Below, piece after piece: positions 25,457-25,673 of a DNA stretch of 25,673 nucleotides. Source of the stretch: Candidatus Hermodarchaeota archaeon (GTDB taxonomy: Archaea > Asgardarchaeota > Hermodarchaeia > Hermodarchaeales > Hermodarchaeaceae). Under the pieces are notes generated by a model. The model was given only the letters and a program-made list of their open reading frames with translations, was not told the origin of the DNA and searched no databases. Location: assembly GCA_016840065.1 (NCBI GenBank), contig JAEOTB010000012.1, positions 1 through 25,673 of the forward strand, read 5' to 3'. Numbering within the stretch: position 1 is the first letter of the stretch; each line of letters starts with the position of its first letter. The position numbers were made by a program, and so were the translations under genes.

Positions 25457-25673
25457 ACATGTTCCCTCCTGTAATTCCCTATGGGAACAGACAAATAGGT
25501 TAGTGTGTGCTCTAGATATTTAAGAGTAATGACTCTAAGCGGCTATCCCTCAACTTGAAGAGCTAGCAGACTCTTCTTCCTAGTCGAAAGAACTGTCCAA
25601 TGCTATAACTTCTAAATGCTAAGCTACTCTCACCTAACAATCCTACTCCCACGGTAACCTACAATCTTTTATA

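Noticed and set aside
1-25673. Mobile element or provirus boundaries around the central system
   Set aside because: No integrase, transposase, tRNA, terminal repeats or viral hallmark genes recognised. Apparent GC differences (e.g. 17963-19687) were not quantified.

Overview
Gene-dense archaeal window, most consistent with an Asgard archaeon. This is inferred from TATA-type promoters, IPGF-type C-terminal sorting signals, N-x-S/T-rich surface proteins and many eukaryote-signature domains; no taxonomic search was run. The core (about 7.2-19.7 kb) looks like a UFMylation-type conjugation system linked to a membrane-remodelling operon. Conjugation part: a UBA5-like E1 (catalytic CNASLPTT), one ORF fusing a UFM1-like modifier (ending ...RILPRTIVG) to a UFC1-like E2 (TSK motif, catalytic Cys), and an intact JAMM/MPN+ protease. 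Adjacent genes: a stand-alone Cdc48-N/Zn-ribbon protein, an ESCRT-III-like protein, a MIT-AAA ATPase (Vps4/CdvC-like), two helical unknowns, a SNAP-like TPR protein ending in an ESCRT-I steadiness-box-like hairpin, a stand-alone subtilisin propeptide plus a cytoplasmic S8 protease, a winged-helix protein reminiscent of UFL1/DDRGK1, and an SPFH-like protein. The flanks carry an OYE-family oxidoreductase, small unknowns, a duplicated pair of surface proteins with conserved promoter, operator and terminator architecture, an LRR protein, and a 1893-aa beta-propeller plus 15x Ig/cadherin-like surface protein. All homologies come from by-eye motif comparison with reference sequences recalled from memory and need HMM or structure confirmation.
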